This document shows, piece by piece, positions 8,366 to 17,805 of a stretch of 64,000 nucleotides of DNA (its first letter is position 1; each line of letters begins with the position of its first letter). The position numbers were made by a program, and so were the translations under genes. The stretch comes from Bacteroidales bacterium (GTDB lineage: Bacteria > Bacteroidota > Bacteroidia > Bacteroidales > UBA932). Location: contig SUYX01000010.1 of NCBI GenBank assembly GCA_015060225.1, forward strand, positions 448-64,447, written 5' to 3'. The notes beneath the pieces were generated by a model. That model was not told the origin of the DNA and searched no databases. It saw only the letters and a list, made by a program, of their open reading frames with translations.

Positions 8366-10897
8366 ATGAGTATCAAGACCTACACTTATGAGGAAGCCTT
8401 GCAGGCCAGTGTCAACTTCTTTAAGGGAGACGAGTTGGCTGCGTCTGTATGGATCAACAAGTATGCAATGAAGGATTCATACGGCAACCTGTATGAGAAA
8501 TCACCTGATGACATGCACCGCAGACTTGCACGCGAGTTTGCCAGAATTGAGAACAAATATCCTAACCCTATGAGTGAGGATGAGATATTTGAATTGTTGA
8601 GGGATTTCAAGTACATTATTCCTCAGGGTGGCCCTATGACAGGTATCGGCAATTCATATCAGATTGCATCACTTTCAAACTGTTTTGTGGTTGGTCATGA
8701 TACACCGGCAGACTCGTATGGCGGAATCATGAAGATAGATGAGGAGCAGGTGCAGCTTATGAAACGCCGTGGCGGTGTAGGACACGACCTTTCACACATC
8801 CGTCCTCAGGGAAGTGCAGTGCTCAACAGTGCACTTACCTCTACCGGTGTGGTCCCTTTTATGGAGAGATACTCTAATTCTACCCGCGAGGTAGCACAGG
8901 ATGGCAGGAGAGGTGCCCTTATGTTGTCAATTTCCATCAAGCATCCCGACAGTGAAAAGTTCATTGATGCCAAAATGGAACAGGGCAAGGTTACAGGAGC
9001 AAATGTTTCAGTAAAGATTGACGATGAGTTCATGAAGGCTGCACTTGCAGGAGAACAGTATGAGCAGAAATATCCTGTGAATGCAGCTGAGCCTAAGGTT
9101 TCCAAGATGGTCAATGCTCAGAATATCTGGAAGAAGATTGTGCATAATGCATGGAAGTCTGCAGAGCCTGGAGTATTGTTCTGGGATACAGTGTTGAGGG
9201 AGTCAGTGGCAGATTGCTACGCAGACCTGGGTTACAGGACTGTAAGTACCAACCCTTGTGGCGAGATTCCTTTGTGCCCTTATGACTCATGCCGTCTTAT
9301 AGCACTTAATCTCTACTCATATGTGAAGAATCCTTTTACCCCAGAGGCTGAATTTGATATGGATCTGTTCAAGGAGCATTCCGGTAAGGCAATGAGGCTT
9401 ATGGATGACCTTATTGATCTTGAGATGGAGAAGATTGAGGCTATTCTGGGCAAAATCAAGTCTGACCCTGAGACAGAGGATGTAAAGAGGACAGAGCTTG
9501 ATTTGTGGGAGAAGATAAAGAGAAAATCACTTGGCGGAAGACGTACAGGTTTGGGTATCACAGCTGAGGGCGATATGTTGGCAGCCCTCGGCATGAGATA
9601 CGGTTCTGAGAAGGCGATTGATTTTGCCGTTGAGGTACAGAAGAATCTTGCAGTTGAGGCTTACAGGTCTTCTGTAAATATGGCATCTGAGAGAGGTGCA
9701 TTCCCAATTTATGATACAAAGAGGGAGGAGAACAATCCTATGATTGACAGAATCCGCACTGCAGATCCTGAATTGTACAAGCTTATGTCCAAAGTGGGTA
9801 GAAGAAATATCTCTCTGCTTACAATTGCACCTACAGGAACAACTTCACTCATGACCCAGACTACATCGGGAATAGAGCCTGTATTCCTTCCATTTTATAT
9901 CAGAAGAAGAAAGGTGAATCCTAATGACAAGAATGCTGTTATTACCTTCAGGGATGATGTTGGTGATTGCTGGGAGGAGTATTATGTATTCCATCACAAG
10001 TTCCTTACCTGGTGTGAGGTTAACGGTATTCCTGCAGAGGAAGTGAAGAAAATGTCGGTGAAGGATGTGGAGACCCTTGTTGAGAAATCTCCTTACCACA
10101 GGGCTACCTCGGCTGATATTGACTGGGTTGCTAAGGTGAAGATGCAGGGAAGTATCCAAAAATGGGTTGACCACTCAATAAGCGTTACTGTAAACCTTCC
10201 TAATTCTGTTACAGAGGAGCTTGTTGCAAATGTGTACAAGACAGCTTGGGAAGTTGGTTGTAAGGGCGTTACAGTATATAGGGACGGTTCAAGGGCAGGA
10301 GTGCTTGTTTCGGCCAAAGATGAGAAGAAGGAGACAGTTTCATTGAAACCTAAAGAGAGACCAAAATCTTTGGAGGCTGATGTTATCCGTTTCATGAACG
10401 GCAAGGAGAAATGGATTGCCCTTGTAGGTAAATTGAATGGTGCCCCTTATGAGATCTTTACAGGTCTTGTAGATGAGGACAGCCGCAATATCCCTAAATC
10501 TGTTGAGAGCGGATTCATTGTTAAGGAAAAGGATGTGAAGACCGGTCTTACCCGTTATGATTTCCATTTTGTAGACAAATATGGGTATACAAACATTGTA
10601 GGCGGTATTTCGCATATGTTCAACAAAGAGTACTGGAACTATGCCAAGCTTATATCAGGTGTATTGCGCCACGGTATGCCAATTGTAGATGTACTCAACC
10701 TTATCAACGGGCTATCTTTGGACAGTGAGGCAATCAATACTTGGAAAAATGGTGTAGAGCGCAGTCTGAAACGCTATATTCCTGATGGTACCAAGGATGA
10801 TACCGGAAAGAAATGTTCAAAATGCAATTCAAACAATCTTGTATATCAGGAAGGGTGTCTTGTATGTATGAATTGCGGTTATTCAAAATGCGGTTGA
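8366..10897 (+). CDS. nrdJ: Class II (adenosylcobalamin-dependent) ribonucleotide reductase
   Basis: 843 aa with the active-site region TNPCGEIPL. The N-terminus (FKGDELAASVWINKYAMKD) is typical of Bacteroidota NrdJ. The C-terminal tail CSKCNSNNLVYQEGCLVCMNCGYSKCG resembles a zinc ribbon. Confidence 0.85.
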   Translation: MSIKTYTYEEALQASVNFFKGDELAASVWINKYAMKDSYGNLYEKSPDDMHRRLAREFARIENKYPNPMSEDEIFELLRDFKYIIPQGGPMTGIGNSYQIASLSNCFVVGHDTPADSYGGIMKIDEEQVQLMKRRGGVGHDLSHIRPQGSAVLNSALTSTGVVPFMERYSNSTREVAQDGRRGALMLSISIKHPDSEKFIDAKMEQGKVTGANVSVKIDDEFMKAALAGEQYEQKYPVNAAEPKVSKMVNAQNIWKKIVHNAWKSAEPGVLFWDTVLRESVADCYADLGYRTVSTNPCGEIPLCPYDSCRLIALNLYSYVKNPFTPEAEFDMDLFKEHSGKAMRLMDDLIDLEMEKIEAILGKIKSDPETEDVKRTELDLWEKIKRKSLGGRRTGLGITAEGDMLAALGMRYGSEKAIDFAVEVQKNLAVEAYRSSVNMASERGAFPIYDTKREENNPMIDRIRTADPELYKLMSKVGRRNISLLTIAPTGTTSLMTQTTSGIEPVFLPFYIRRRKVNPNDKNAVITFRDDVGDCWEEYYVFHHKFLTWCEVNGIPAEEVKKMSVKDVETLVEKSPYHRATSADIDWVAKVKMQGSIQKWVDHSISVTVNLPNSVTEELVANVYKTAWEVGCKGVTVYRDGSRAGVLVSAKDEKKETVSLKPKERPKSLEADVIRFMNGKEKWIALVGKLNGAPYEIFTGLVDEDSRNIPKSVESGFIVKEKDVKTGLTRYDFHFVDKYGYTNIVGGISHMFNKEYWNYAKLISGVLRHGMPIVDVLNLINGLSLDSEAINTWKNGVERSLKRYIPDGTKDDTGKKCSKCNSNNLVYQEGCLVCMNCGYSKCG

Positions 10898-10898
10898 T

Positions 10899-11681
10899 AT
10901 GATTCTATATCCGAATGCGAAAATAAATTTAGGTCTAAGTGTTTTACAAAAGAGGGAGGATGGGTTTCATAACCTTGAAACCCTCTTTTATCCTGTAGAA
11001 GCAAAGGATGTTCTGGAGATAGTTGAAAGCGGCGGATTGCAGATGCACCAGTACGGAATTGAGTATCCCGGAGATCCTATGGATAACCTTTGTGTTAAAG
11101 CATACAGGGCTCTTGCAGCTGATTTTGATATACCTCCTGTAGAAATACATCTGTATAAGAAGATTCCGGTTGGAGCCGGGCTTGGAGGGGGATCTGCGGA
11201 TGCTGCCTTTACCCTTAGGGGGTTGAATGAGATGTACTCGCTTGGCCTTTCAGATGATAGGTTGTCGGAATATGCTGCAACTTTGGGTAGCGACTGTGCA
11301 TTCTTTGTATATAACAGGCCCATGCTGGGGACCGGACGTGGAGAGATTCTGGAGCCTGTAGAGATTCCCTCATTGGAGGGATATGAAATTAAACTCGTTT
11401 TTCCCCCTTATTTTGTTTCAACGGCAGCAGCTTATGGCGGAATTGTCCCAAGGGATAAAAGGGTTGCAAATGGTGAGAATGTTGATACCAGGAGCATTGT
11501 AGAGATACTTCGCCAACCTGTTGAGTACTGGAAGGATTCACTTACAAATGATTTTGAAAAGACAGTTTTCGCAAAAATACCGCAGTTGGCGGCTTATAAG
11601 GATGAATTGTATGCCCAGGGTGCCGTTTATGCATCTATGAGTGGAAGCGGCTCGGCATTTTTTGGAATATTCAAGAAGTGA
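10899..11681 (+). CDS. ispE: 4-diphosphocytidyl-2-C-methyl-D-erythritol kinase
   Basis: 260 aa with N-terminus PNAKINLGLSVLQKREDGFHNLET and GHMP kinase motif PVGAGLGGGSADAA. It starts 1 nt after the nrdJ stop. Confidence 0.87.
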   Translation: MILYPNAKINLGLSVLQKREDGFHNLETLFYPVEAKDVLEIVESGGLQMHQYGIEYPGDPMDNLCVKAYRALAADFDIPPVEIHLYKKIPVGAGLGGGSADAAFTLRGLNEMYSLGLSDDRLSEYAATLGSDCAFFVYNRPMLGTGRGEILEPVEIPSLEGYEIKLVFPPYFVSTAAAYGGIVPRDKRVANGENVDTRSIVEILRQPVEYWKDSLTNDFEKTVFAKIPQLAAYKDELYAQGAVYASMSGSGSAFFGIFKK

Positions 11682-11692
11682 TTATTAAGGTT

Positions 11693-11742
11693 GTACTAAA
11701 AAGGGGCGCCCGCTACTACCTTCAGGAACCCCTTTTTTGTAC
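11693..11742. terminator. Possible weak bidirectional terminator between ispE and the FtsX-like permease gene
   Basis: AAAAAGGGG ... CCCCTTTTTT arms enclose a 22-nt loop, which makes a long-range and weak stem. A second hairpin, AACGTTT-ATA-AAACGTT, lies at about 11774-11790. Confidence 0.35.
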
Positions 11743-11793
11743 TAAAACCTAAACCTACACTTATAAGATGCAGAACGTTTATAAAACGTTGCA

Positions 11794-12996
11794 TTAATTT
11801 TTAAAAATTTTTCCCGACGGGAGCCATGAGATCAGATAACCTGTCAGACAAACCCCAATTACTATAATTGCAATATCTGCAAATTGTATATCTACAGGGT
11901 ATGCAGATACAATATAATTGCCTGGTAAAGAAATTATTCCATATTCTTTCTGGAGAAAGGCGGCTGCCAGTCCAATAATTGTTCCTGTGCAGCATCCGGT
12001 AACGCAGATCAGGAAACCATGGAGGTGAAAAATTCTCATAATCGTCTCCTTTGTGGCCCCCATGCTCAAAAATGTGGAGATATCGTCCTCCTTCTCTGTA
12101 ACCAACATGCTGAGGCAGCTGAAGATGTTGATGGAGATGATGGCTATTACAAAGAATAATATCATATATACTGCAAATTTCTCGGCCTTCATCATTTTGT
12201 ACAGAGTGGAATTCTGCTGTTGTTTGTCCCTGATTATGCTGTCGGGAAGAATACTGTGGAGAGCTTCCCTTATTTTATCCTTATCCGTACCTGGTGCGGT
12301 GTATACCTCCAGGTATGAATACTCATTCTTCTGTACTCCAATGAGTTCCCTTGCAAGTGATGATTCTGTATATATTGCGTTTTCAATCTCATACCCTGAG
12401 TCCCTCAGTATTGCAGAAGGGAACACCTTTGCGCCGTTTATGGATGCAAGCGGGTTTGTGATTGAAAATTCTTCCCCTTTTTGGGGATAATACAATTCCA
12501 AAGGGGTAAGGAATCTTACCCTTGCTTCCAGTCTGCGTGCAAGGTCTTCCCCTATCAGAGCCTCCCTTATCTCCCCGTTGCGGAGTCTGGCAGTTCCCTC
12601 AATCAGGTTTGCAGCAATGCCGTTCCATTTGAAATATGCGGTATCTGTCCCAATGATGGTTGCAATTGCCTCCTTTTTACCATACCTCACAAAGATATTG
12701 TCGGAAACGACAGTACATACATAAACTACACCCTCTGTTGAGGAAATGAGTCCAAGAGTCTGGGGCGGGGTTTCAATTGTTTTTCCTTCGGGAGGAGTTA
12801 TTGTAAAATCGGCTTTGAAACCCTCATAGATTTCTCTTATGGAGTTGTCAAAGCCGTTGTATACAGAAAGGATAAGGACAAGCGCCATGCTCCCTATTGC
12901 TATTCCCGCTGCGCTTATTATGGAAATAATGTTTATTACATTATGTTTCTTCTTGGCAAACAGGTATCTGAGGGCAATATGAAGCGGTGTCCCCAT
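11794..12996 (-). CDS. FtsX-like ABC transporter permease (LolC/LolE family)
   Basis: 400 aa with N-terminus ALRYLFAKKKHNVINIISIISAAGIAIGSMALVLILSVYNGF, a large periplasmic loop and three C-terminal TM helices. Confidence 0.75.
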   Translation of the reverse strand: MGTPLHIALRYLFAKKKHNVINIISIISAAGIAIGSMALVLILSVYNGFDNSIREIYEGFKADFTITPPEGKTIETPPQTLGLISSTEGVVYVCTVVSDNIFVRYGKKEAIATIIGTDTAYFKWNGIAANLIEGTARLRNGEIREALIGEDLARRLEARVRFLTPLELYYPQKGEEFSITNPLASINGAKVFPSAILRDSGYEIENAIYTESSLARELIGVQKNEYSYLEVYTAPGTDKDKIREALHSILPDSIIRDKQQQNSTLYKMMKAEKFAVYMILFFVIAIISINIFSCLSMLVTEKEDDISTFLSMGATKETIMRIFHLHGFLICVTGCCTGTIIGLAAAFLQKEYGIISLPGNYIVSAYPVDIQFADIAIIVIGVCLTGYLISWLPSGKIFKN

Positions 12997-12999
12997 TCT

Positions 13000-13344
13000 T
13001 TATTTCTTTAGCAGTTCATCTATGTGCTCAACATAGTCCAGCGTACTGTCTCTGTAAAAGGCAATTTCGGGGACAATGCGGAACTGTTTTCCTACAAGTC
13101 TTCCCAACTCTCCCCTTATCTGTTTTACAGAGTTCTGGAGTATCTCCATTGCCTGGTCTCCTTTGGCAGATGGAAATATGCTTACAAATACTTTGGCAAA
13201 GGAGAGATCAGGGCTTACCCTAACTTCACTTACGGTAATCATTGCTCCCCCAAAAACAGCCATACCCTTGCTGCGGATAATTTCTGCAAGGTCTTTCTGA
13301 AGCTGTTTGCCTATTTTCTGTTGTCTTGTGCTCTCTCCTTCCAT
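13000..13344 (-). CDS. rbfA: Ribosome-binding factor A
   Basis: 114 aa containing QQKIGKQLQKDLAEII...ITVSEVRVSPDLSFAKVFVSIF, typical of RbfA. Confidence 0.87.
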   Translation of the reverse strand: MEGESTRQQKIGKQLQKDLAEIIRSKGMAVFGGAMITVSEVRVSPDLSFAKVFVSIFPSAKGDQAMEILQNSVKQIRGELGRLVGKQFRIVPEIAFYRDSTLDYVEHIDELLKK

Positions 13345-13350
13345 AATTGT

Positions 13351-14640
13351 TTAGTTGAATTTTAAGATGAAATAGTTTTTCTTGCCTTTCTGGACAAGGA
13401 TATATTTGCCGTTGATAAGCTTCTCTTCTGCCAACACGCCGTTCACATCTGTGTATTTCTCCTTGTTTATGCTAAGGCCGTTGGCCTGTATCATCTTGCG
13501 GCACTCACCTTTAGATGGGAATATGTTGGTCTCAACAGCAAGCATCTCTATAACATTGGTGCCCAGTTTTTCCCTCGAAACCTCGTATTGTGGCACTCCG
13601 TCAAATACAGAAAGGAATGTCTGTTCATCAAGTTTCTTGAGGGCATCCTGGGTAGAGTTGCCGAACAGCATATTTGAAGCCTCAACAGCTTTGTTGAATT
13701 CCACCTCTCCGTGTACCATAATGGTAATCTCCTTTGCAAGAAGTTTCTGCAAAATTCTTGTGTGAGGTGCTTCCTTATGCTCGGCAATTGCTGCTTCAAT
13801 GGTCTGGCGGTCCAGCATTGTAAAGATCTTTATATATTTCTCTGCATCCTCATCACCAACATTCATCCAGAACTGGTAGAATGCGTATGGAGATGTGTAC
13901 TCAGGGTTAAGCCAGATATTGCCTTTCTCGGTTTTTCCAAATTTTCCGCCGTCTGCCTTTGTTATAAGGGGACAGGTAAGTGCAAATGCCTCATTGCCGG
14001 TCTTTCTGCGGATAAGCTCGGTTCCTGTAGTAATGTTGCCCCACTGGTCACTTCCCCCCATTTGAAGCTTGCAGTTCATATGCTCGTTCAAATACAGAAA
14101 ATCGTAACCCTGTACAAGCTGGTAAGAAAATTCTGTAAATGACATCCCTTCCCTGGCCTCTCCGCTCAGACGTTTCTTTACGGAGTCTTTGCTCATCATG
14201 TAGTTTACAGTAATGTGCTTACCAATATCACGGATGAATGAAAGGAACGAGAAATCCTTCATCCAGTCATAGTTGTTTACAAGAACTGCAGCATTCTCCT
14301 TGTCTGAATCAAAATCCAGGAAAATTGAGAGCTGTTTCTTGATAGCTGCAATATTATGGTTAAGGGTTTCCTCATCCAGGAGGTTTCTCTCAGCGCTTTT
14401 CATAGAAGGGTCTCCAATCATTCCTGTTGCACCTCCAATAAGGGCGTAAGGCTTGTGGCCGCAATTCTGAAAATGTTTAAGCATCATAATGCTTACCAGG
14501 TGCCCAATATGCAATGAATCTGCTGTTGGGTCAATACCAACATAAGCAACTGTGCACTCCTTCATCAGTTGCTCCTCTGTACCCGGCATCATAGTATGGA
14601 TCATACCTCTCCAGGTAAGCTCCTCAACAAAATTTTTCAT
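13351..14640 (-). CDS. tyrS: Tyrosine--tRNA ligase
   Basis: 429 aa with HIGH motif (SLHIGHL), a KMSKS-like motif (KFGKTEKG) and a C-terminal S4-like domain. Confidence 0.93.
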   Translation of the reverse strand: MKNFVEELTWRGMIHTMMPGTEEQLMKECTVAYVGIDPTADSLHIGHLVSIMMLKHFQNCGHKPYALIGGATGMIGDPSMKSAERNLLDEETLNHNIAAIKKQLSIFLDFDSDKENAAVLVNNYDWMKDFSFLSFIRDIGKHITVNYMMSKDSVKKRLSGEAREGMSFTEFSYQLVQGYDFLYLNEHMNCKLQMGGSDQWGNITTGTELIRRKTGNEAFALTCPLITKADGGKFGKTEKGNIWLNPEYTSPYAFYQFWMNVGDEDAEKYIKIFTMLDRQTIEAAIAEHKEAPHTRILQKLLAKEITIMVHGEVEFNKAVEASNMLFGNSTQDALKKLDEQTFLSVFDGVPQYEVSREKLGTNVIEMLAVETNIFPSKGECRKMIQANGLSINKEKYTDVNGVLAEEKLINGKYILVQKGKKNYFILKFN

Positions 14641-14716
14641 CTGTTATATATTTTTAATGTTCAATATTTTCTTCCCGACAGGTTCTTATAACCCATAAAC
14701 TGCAAAGTTAATATTT

Positions 14717-15283
14717 TTACTTGAAAAGGTTGTATTTCTTCCCTTTGTTGTAAAGAGTTTGTCTTGTAATTCCCAATTCTTCCGCTGCCATGGTGACATT
14801 CCCGTCATGTCTTTCCAGGGCAGAACGCATCATCATCCTCTCCATCTGTTCCAGAGTGCAGGCTTTGCACTCCAACTTGTTTTTCATTTCCAGAGAGCAG
14901 TTCCTCATTCTGGATGCGTTTCTTAAAGTTACGGTAAGCTTCTCATTGTTCCATGGCTTTGGGACAAAATCAAAGGCCCCTGAATCTACAGCTTCCAGAC
15001 CAAAAGAATTCTGTGAGAAATTGGTAAGGACTACAGTTTGTATTTCCTTTCCACAGGAGGAGATTTTCTTTATGAAATCGAGGTACATCTTCTGTTCTGA
15101 AGGGGTATTTGCCCCAGTGTCGACAACAATTATTCCAACCTTATTTTCCTCTGCAAGCTTCATGATTTTTTCAGGGTCACATTCTGTGAGGACCTCTTCA
15201 AACTCTTTTTGGACCAGCAATGTAAGGGCTGTAAGAAATCCCTTGTTGTTGCCATAAATGAGTACAGTATCGTTGATTTTCAT
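14717..15283 (-). CDS. Orphan NtrC-like regulator with a degenerate receiver domain and a Fis-type HTH, without an AAA+ domain
   Basis: 188 aa. The receiver-like fold keeps D (IIVVDTG), T (VVLTNFS) and K (FVPKPW), but LIYGNN replaces the usual acidic DD pocket. The C-terminus ALERHDGNVTMAAEELGITRQTLYNKGKKYNL is a textbook Fis/NtrC HTH. Confidence 0.6.
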   Translation of the reverse strand: MKINDTVLIYGNNKGFLTALTLLVQKEFEEVLTECDPEKIMKLAEENKVGIIVVDTGANTPSEQKMYLDFIKKISSCGKEIQTVVLTNFSQNSFGLEAVDSGAFDFVPKPWNNEKLTVTLRNASRMRNCSLEMKNKLECKACTLEQMERMMMRSALERHDGNVTMAAEELGITRQTLYNKGKKYNLFK

Positions 15284-15326
15284 ATTCTTTACTCCTTGTA
15301 AACTGCTGTAAAACTAAAACTTGCTG

Positions 15327-15357
15327 CAAATGTAAAAAAAATTTACACATTGGCAAA
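15327..15357 (-). promoter_or_regulatory. Predicted promoter of the orphan regulator: TTTG-N19-TACATTTG on the minus strand
   Basis: The minus strand has TTTG at 15357-15354, a 19-nt spacer, and TACATTTG at 15334-15327. The ATG lies about 44 nt downstream. Confidence 0.45.
15331..15347. promoter_or_regulatory. Palindromic box 1, TGTAAA-N5-TTTACA
   Basis: TGTAAAAAAAATTTACA overlaps the -7 box and spacer of the regulator promoter. Confidence 0.35.
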
Positions 15358-15360
15358 ATG

Positions 15361-15377
15361 TGTAAAAATATTTTACA
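15361..15377. promoter_or_regulatory. Palindromic box 2, TGTAAA-N5-TTTACA
   Basis: TGTAAAAATATTTTACA starts exactly 30 bp from box 1, just upstream of the -33 box. Confidence 0.35.
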
Positions 15378-15437
15378 AAAGCCCTTTTTGCAGGTGAATG
15401 TGAATAAACGCCCTTTCTGTTATTTGCTAAATAATGC

Positions 15438-15445
15438 TATTTTTG
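15438..15445 (+). promoter_or_regulatory. -7 box TATTTTTG for the peptidase gene
   Basis: It matches TAnnTTTG. Its position favours the ATG at 15469 over the ATG at 15457. Confidence 0.4.
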
Positions 15446-15468
15446 TAGCTGTATAAATGCAGTATATC

Positions 15469-16833
15469 ATGAAAACAAGTTTTACCAGATTTTTGGCCGT
15501 AGTGCTTTTATTGTTCTTTGTTGCTCCGGCTTTTGCGCAATTGCCTGAGAAGTTGGCCCAGTTCAGCAATATTAGCGGTATACGGGAGTTGAAGATTTCA
15601 GACAGGATGGAGAATCCTTTCAAAGAGAAATATGTGATGTTTTTTGAGCAGCCGATAGATCATGGCAACCCGTCAAAAGGTACTTTCAGGCAGAGGGTGA
15701 TTGTTGCTGTTGCAGATTACAATGCGCCTACTGTAATTATAACAGAAGGTTATGGGGCAGCATATGGTCTCAATCCAAGATATAGGGAAGAGGTTTCAAA
15801 ACTGTTCAATACAAATATGGTACTTGTGGAGCACAGGTATTTCCTTGAGTCGGTTCCATTCATGCAGGATGATACCACCATTACTCCGGAGACTTTGGAC
15901 TGGAGCTATATGACAGCTGTAAATGAGGCCGCAGATTTGCATAATGTGAACCAGACCTTAAGAAAAGTGTTTAATGGTAAATGGATTGCTACAGGTATAA
16001 GCAAGGGAGGCCAGACAGCAATGTTCTATACAGCTTATTATCCTGAAGATCTTGATGTGTCAGTTCCGTATGTGGGTCCGGTGTGTAAAGGTGTTGAGGA
16101 CGGACGCCACGAGCCTTTCCTGGCAGAGTATGCAGGTACTCCGCAGGATAGGGAAATTTTGAGGAATTTCCAGATAGAGTTCCTCAAGAGAAGGGCAACC
16201 ATCAAGCCTATGTTTGAGAAACTTTCGCAGGAGCAGAAGCTTACCTACAAGATTGATATGGATGCAGTATATGATTATTGTGTACTTGAGTTCCCGTTCG
16301 CTTTTTGGCAGTGGGGTATGAAGACATCAACTGTCCCTGATCCCAAGAGTGCTACAGATGAACAGATGTTCAATTTCCTTGTGCGGGTAAGCGGTCCTGA
16401 TTATTTTGCTGAAGGTGGTGATTCTGCTCCTTTTTTTGTACAGGCTGCAAAGGAGTTGGGATATTACGGATATGACACCAGGCCTTTCAAGGGGCTTCTC
16501 ACAATTAAGGATGCGGAGGGTTATTTGAACAAGCTGTTTGTGCCGCAGAGCCAGTCATTCAAGTTTGACAAATATCTGTACAAGAAACTTGTGAAGTTTT
16601 TGGCTGAAACTGATTCAAAAATGATGTTCATATACGGTCAGTTTGACCCTTGGAGTGCAGTTATGCCAGTGGCCCCTATTAAGAACGAGGAACTTAAGAA
16701 GAAAGGCAAGGGGCGCCAGACAATGAAACTTTTTGTTGAGCCGGGCGGAAGCCATAGGGCAAGGATTTCCACTTTGCCTGAGCCAATGAAGCATGAGGCA
16801 ATAGCTACCCTTAAAGAGTGGCTCGAATTGTAG
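15469..16833 (+). CDS. Secreted alpha/beta-hydrolase serine peptidase (S28/S37-like)
   Basis: Signal peptide MKTSFTRFLAVVLLLFFVAPAFAQ and nucleophile elbow GISKGGQ. The start is taken at the second ATG because of the promoter box. Confidence 0.5.
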   Translation: MKTSFTRFLAVVLLLFFVAPAFAQLPEKLAQFSNISGIRELKISDRMENPFKEKYVMFFEQPIDHGNPSKGTFRQRVIVAVADYNAPTVIITEGYGAAYGLNPRYREEVSKLFNTNMVLVEHRYFLESVPFMQDDTTITPETLDWSYMTAVNEAADLHNVNQTLRKVFNGKWIATGISKGGQTAMFYTAYYPEDLDVSVPYVGPVCKGVEDGRHEPFLAEYAGTPQDREILRNFQIEFLKRRATIKPMFEKLSQEQKLTYKIDMDAVYDYCVLEFPFAFWQWGMKTSTVPDPKSATDEQMFNFLVRVSGPDYFAEGGDSAPFFVQAAKELGYYGYDTRPFKGLLTIKDAEGYLNKLFVPQSQSFKFDKYLYKKLVKFLAETDSKMMFIYGQFDPWSAVMPVAPIKNEELKKKGKGRQTMKLFVEPGGSHRARISTLPEPMKHEAIATLKEWLEL

Positions 16834-16840
16834 AAGGAAT

Positions 16841-17770
16841 ATGTTACCGGAGTTTAAGGAGATAACCCTGCAGGACAGGGATTGGATGAGGCAGGTTTTT
16901 GCATGGGCGGACAACCGTGCCACTGAGTACAATTTTACCGTACTTTTCATCTGGAGGGATATAATGGGGACCAGAGTTGCCCGTTACAGGGATTATATCC
17001 TCATCAAGTTCAGGCCGCATGGTGTGGAGGGGTATCTTTATCTCTTTCCGGTGGGAAGGGGTCCTTCAGAAGATCTGGAAAAGGCTCTGGAAATTTGTAT
17101 GGAAGATGCCCGTACGGGTGAAGCTCCCTTCAGGATGGCATCTGTGCAGAAGGAACAGCTGGAGATACTTGAGAGCCTTTATCCCGACAGGTTTGTCCAT
17201 GAGCCGTTCCGCAACTCTTTTGACTATATTTATTCAGCGGAGGACCTTGTGTTTCTCCGTGGGAAAAAGTTCCAGAGCAAGAGGAATTTTATCTCCAGAT
17301 TCAGGAGAAATGAGGGGTGGAGTTATGAAGTTGTCGGGAAGGAGAATCTGGATGAGTGTATGGAGATGAGTTTGAAGTGGTGTGCGAAATATGGTTGTGG
17401 CAAGGATCCTTCAATGCAGGGTGAACATTGTTCTGTGAAGAATGCCCTGAACAATTTTCATGAGTTGGAGCTGCAAGGTGGCCTGCTTCGCCTAAATGGA
17501 GAGGTTGTTGCATTTACAATTGCAGAAAAGACTAACTCAGATACTCTGCTTGTGCATATAGAGAAGGCATATGCAGATATTGTGGGGGCGTATCCTGCCA
17601 TTGCAAATGAATTCCTGAGAAGTTCAGTTGTTGTTGATCAGGCTGCCGGGGAACTCTCGGTACGGTATATCAATAGAGAGGATGATGCCGGAGATGAGGG
17701 GCTCAGAGAGGCAAAGATGCAATATCATCCACTCTTTTTGCTTGAAAAATATTCAGTAAAAGAAAAATAA
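16841..17770 (+). CDS. DUF2156 / LPG-synthase-C-like (GNAT-fold) protein
   Basis: 309 aa. The N-terminus FKEITLQDRDWMRQVF...TEYNFTVLFIWRD is typical of stand-alone DUF2156 proteins related to the MprF C-terminal domain. Confidence 0.55.
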   Translation: MLPEFKEITLQDRDWMRQVFAWADNRATEYNFTVLFIWRDIMGTRVARYRDYILIKFRPHGVEGYLYLFPVGRGPSEDLEKALEICMEDARTGEAPFRMASVQKEQLEILESLYPDRFVHEPFRNSFDYIYSAEDLVFLRGKKFQSKRNFISRFRRNEGWSYEVVGKENLDECMEMSLKWCAKYGCGKDPSMQGEHCSVKNALNNFHELELQGGLLRLNGEVVAFTIAEKTNSDTLLVHIEKAYADIVGAYPAIANEFLRSSVVVDQAAGELSVRYINREDDAGDEGLREAKMQYHPLFLLEKYSVKEK

Positions 17771-17771
17771 C

Positions 17772-17779
17772 TATATTTG
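17772..17779 (+). promoter_or_regulatory. -7 box TATATTTG upstream of the CNNM/GldE-like gene
   Basis: It matches TAnnTTTG and lies 27 nt before the TTG start at 17806. Confidence 0.35.
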
Positions 17780-17805
17780 CAGTCTAAACCAATACATTTT
17801 AAAAT

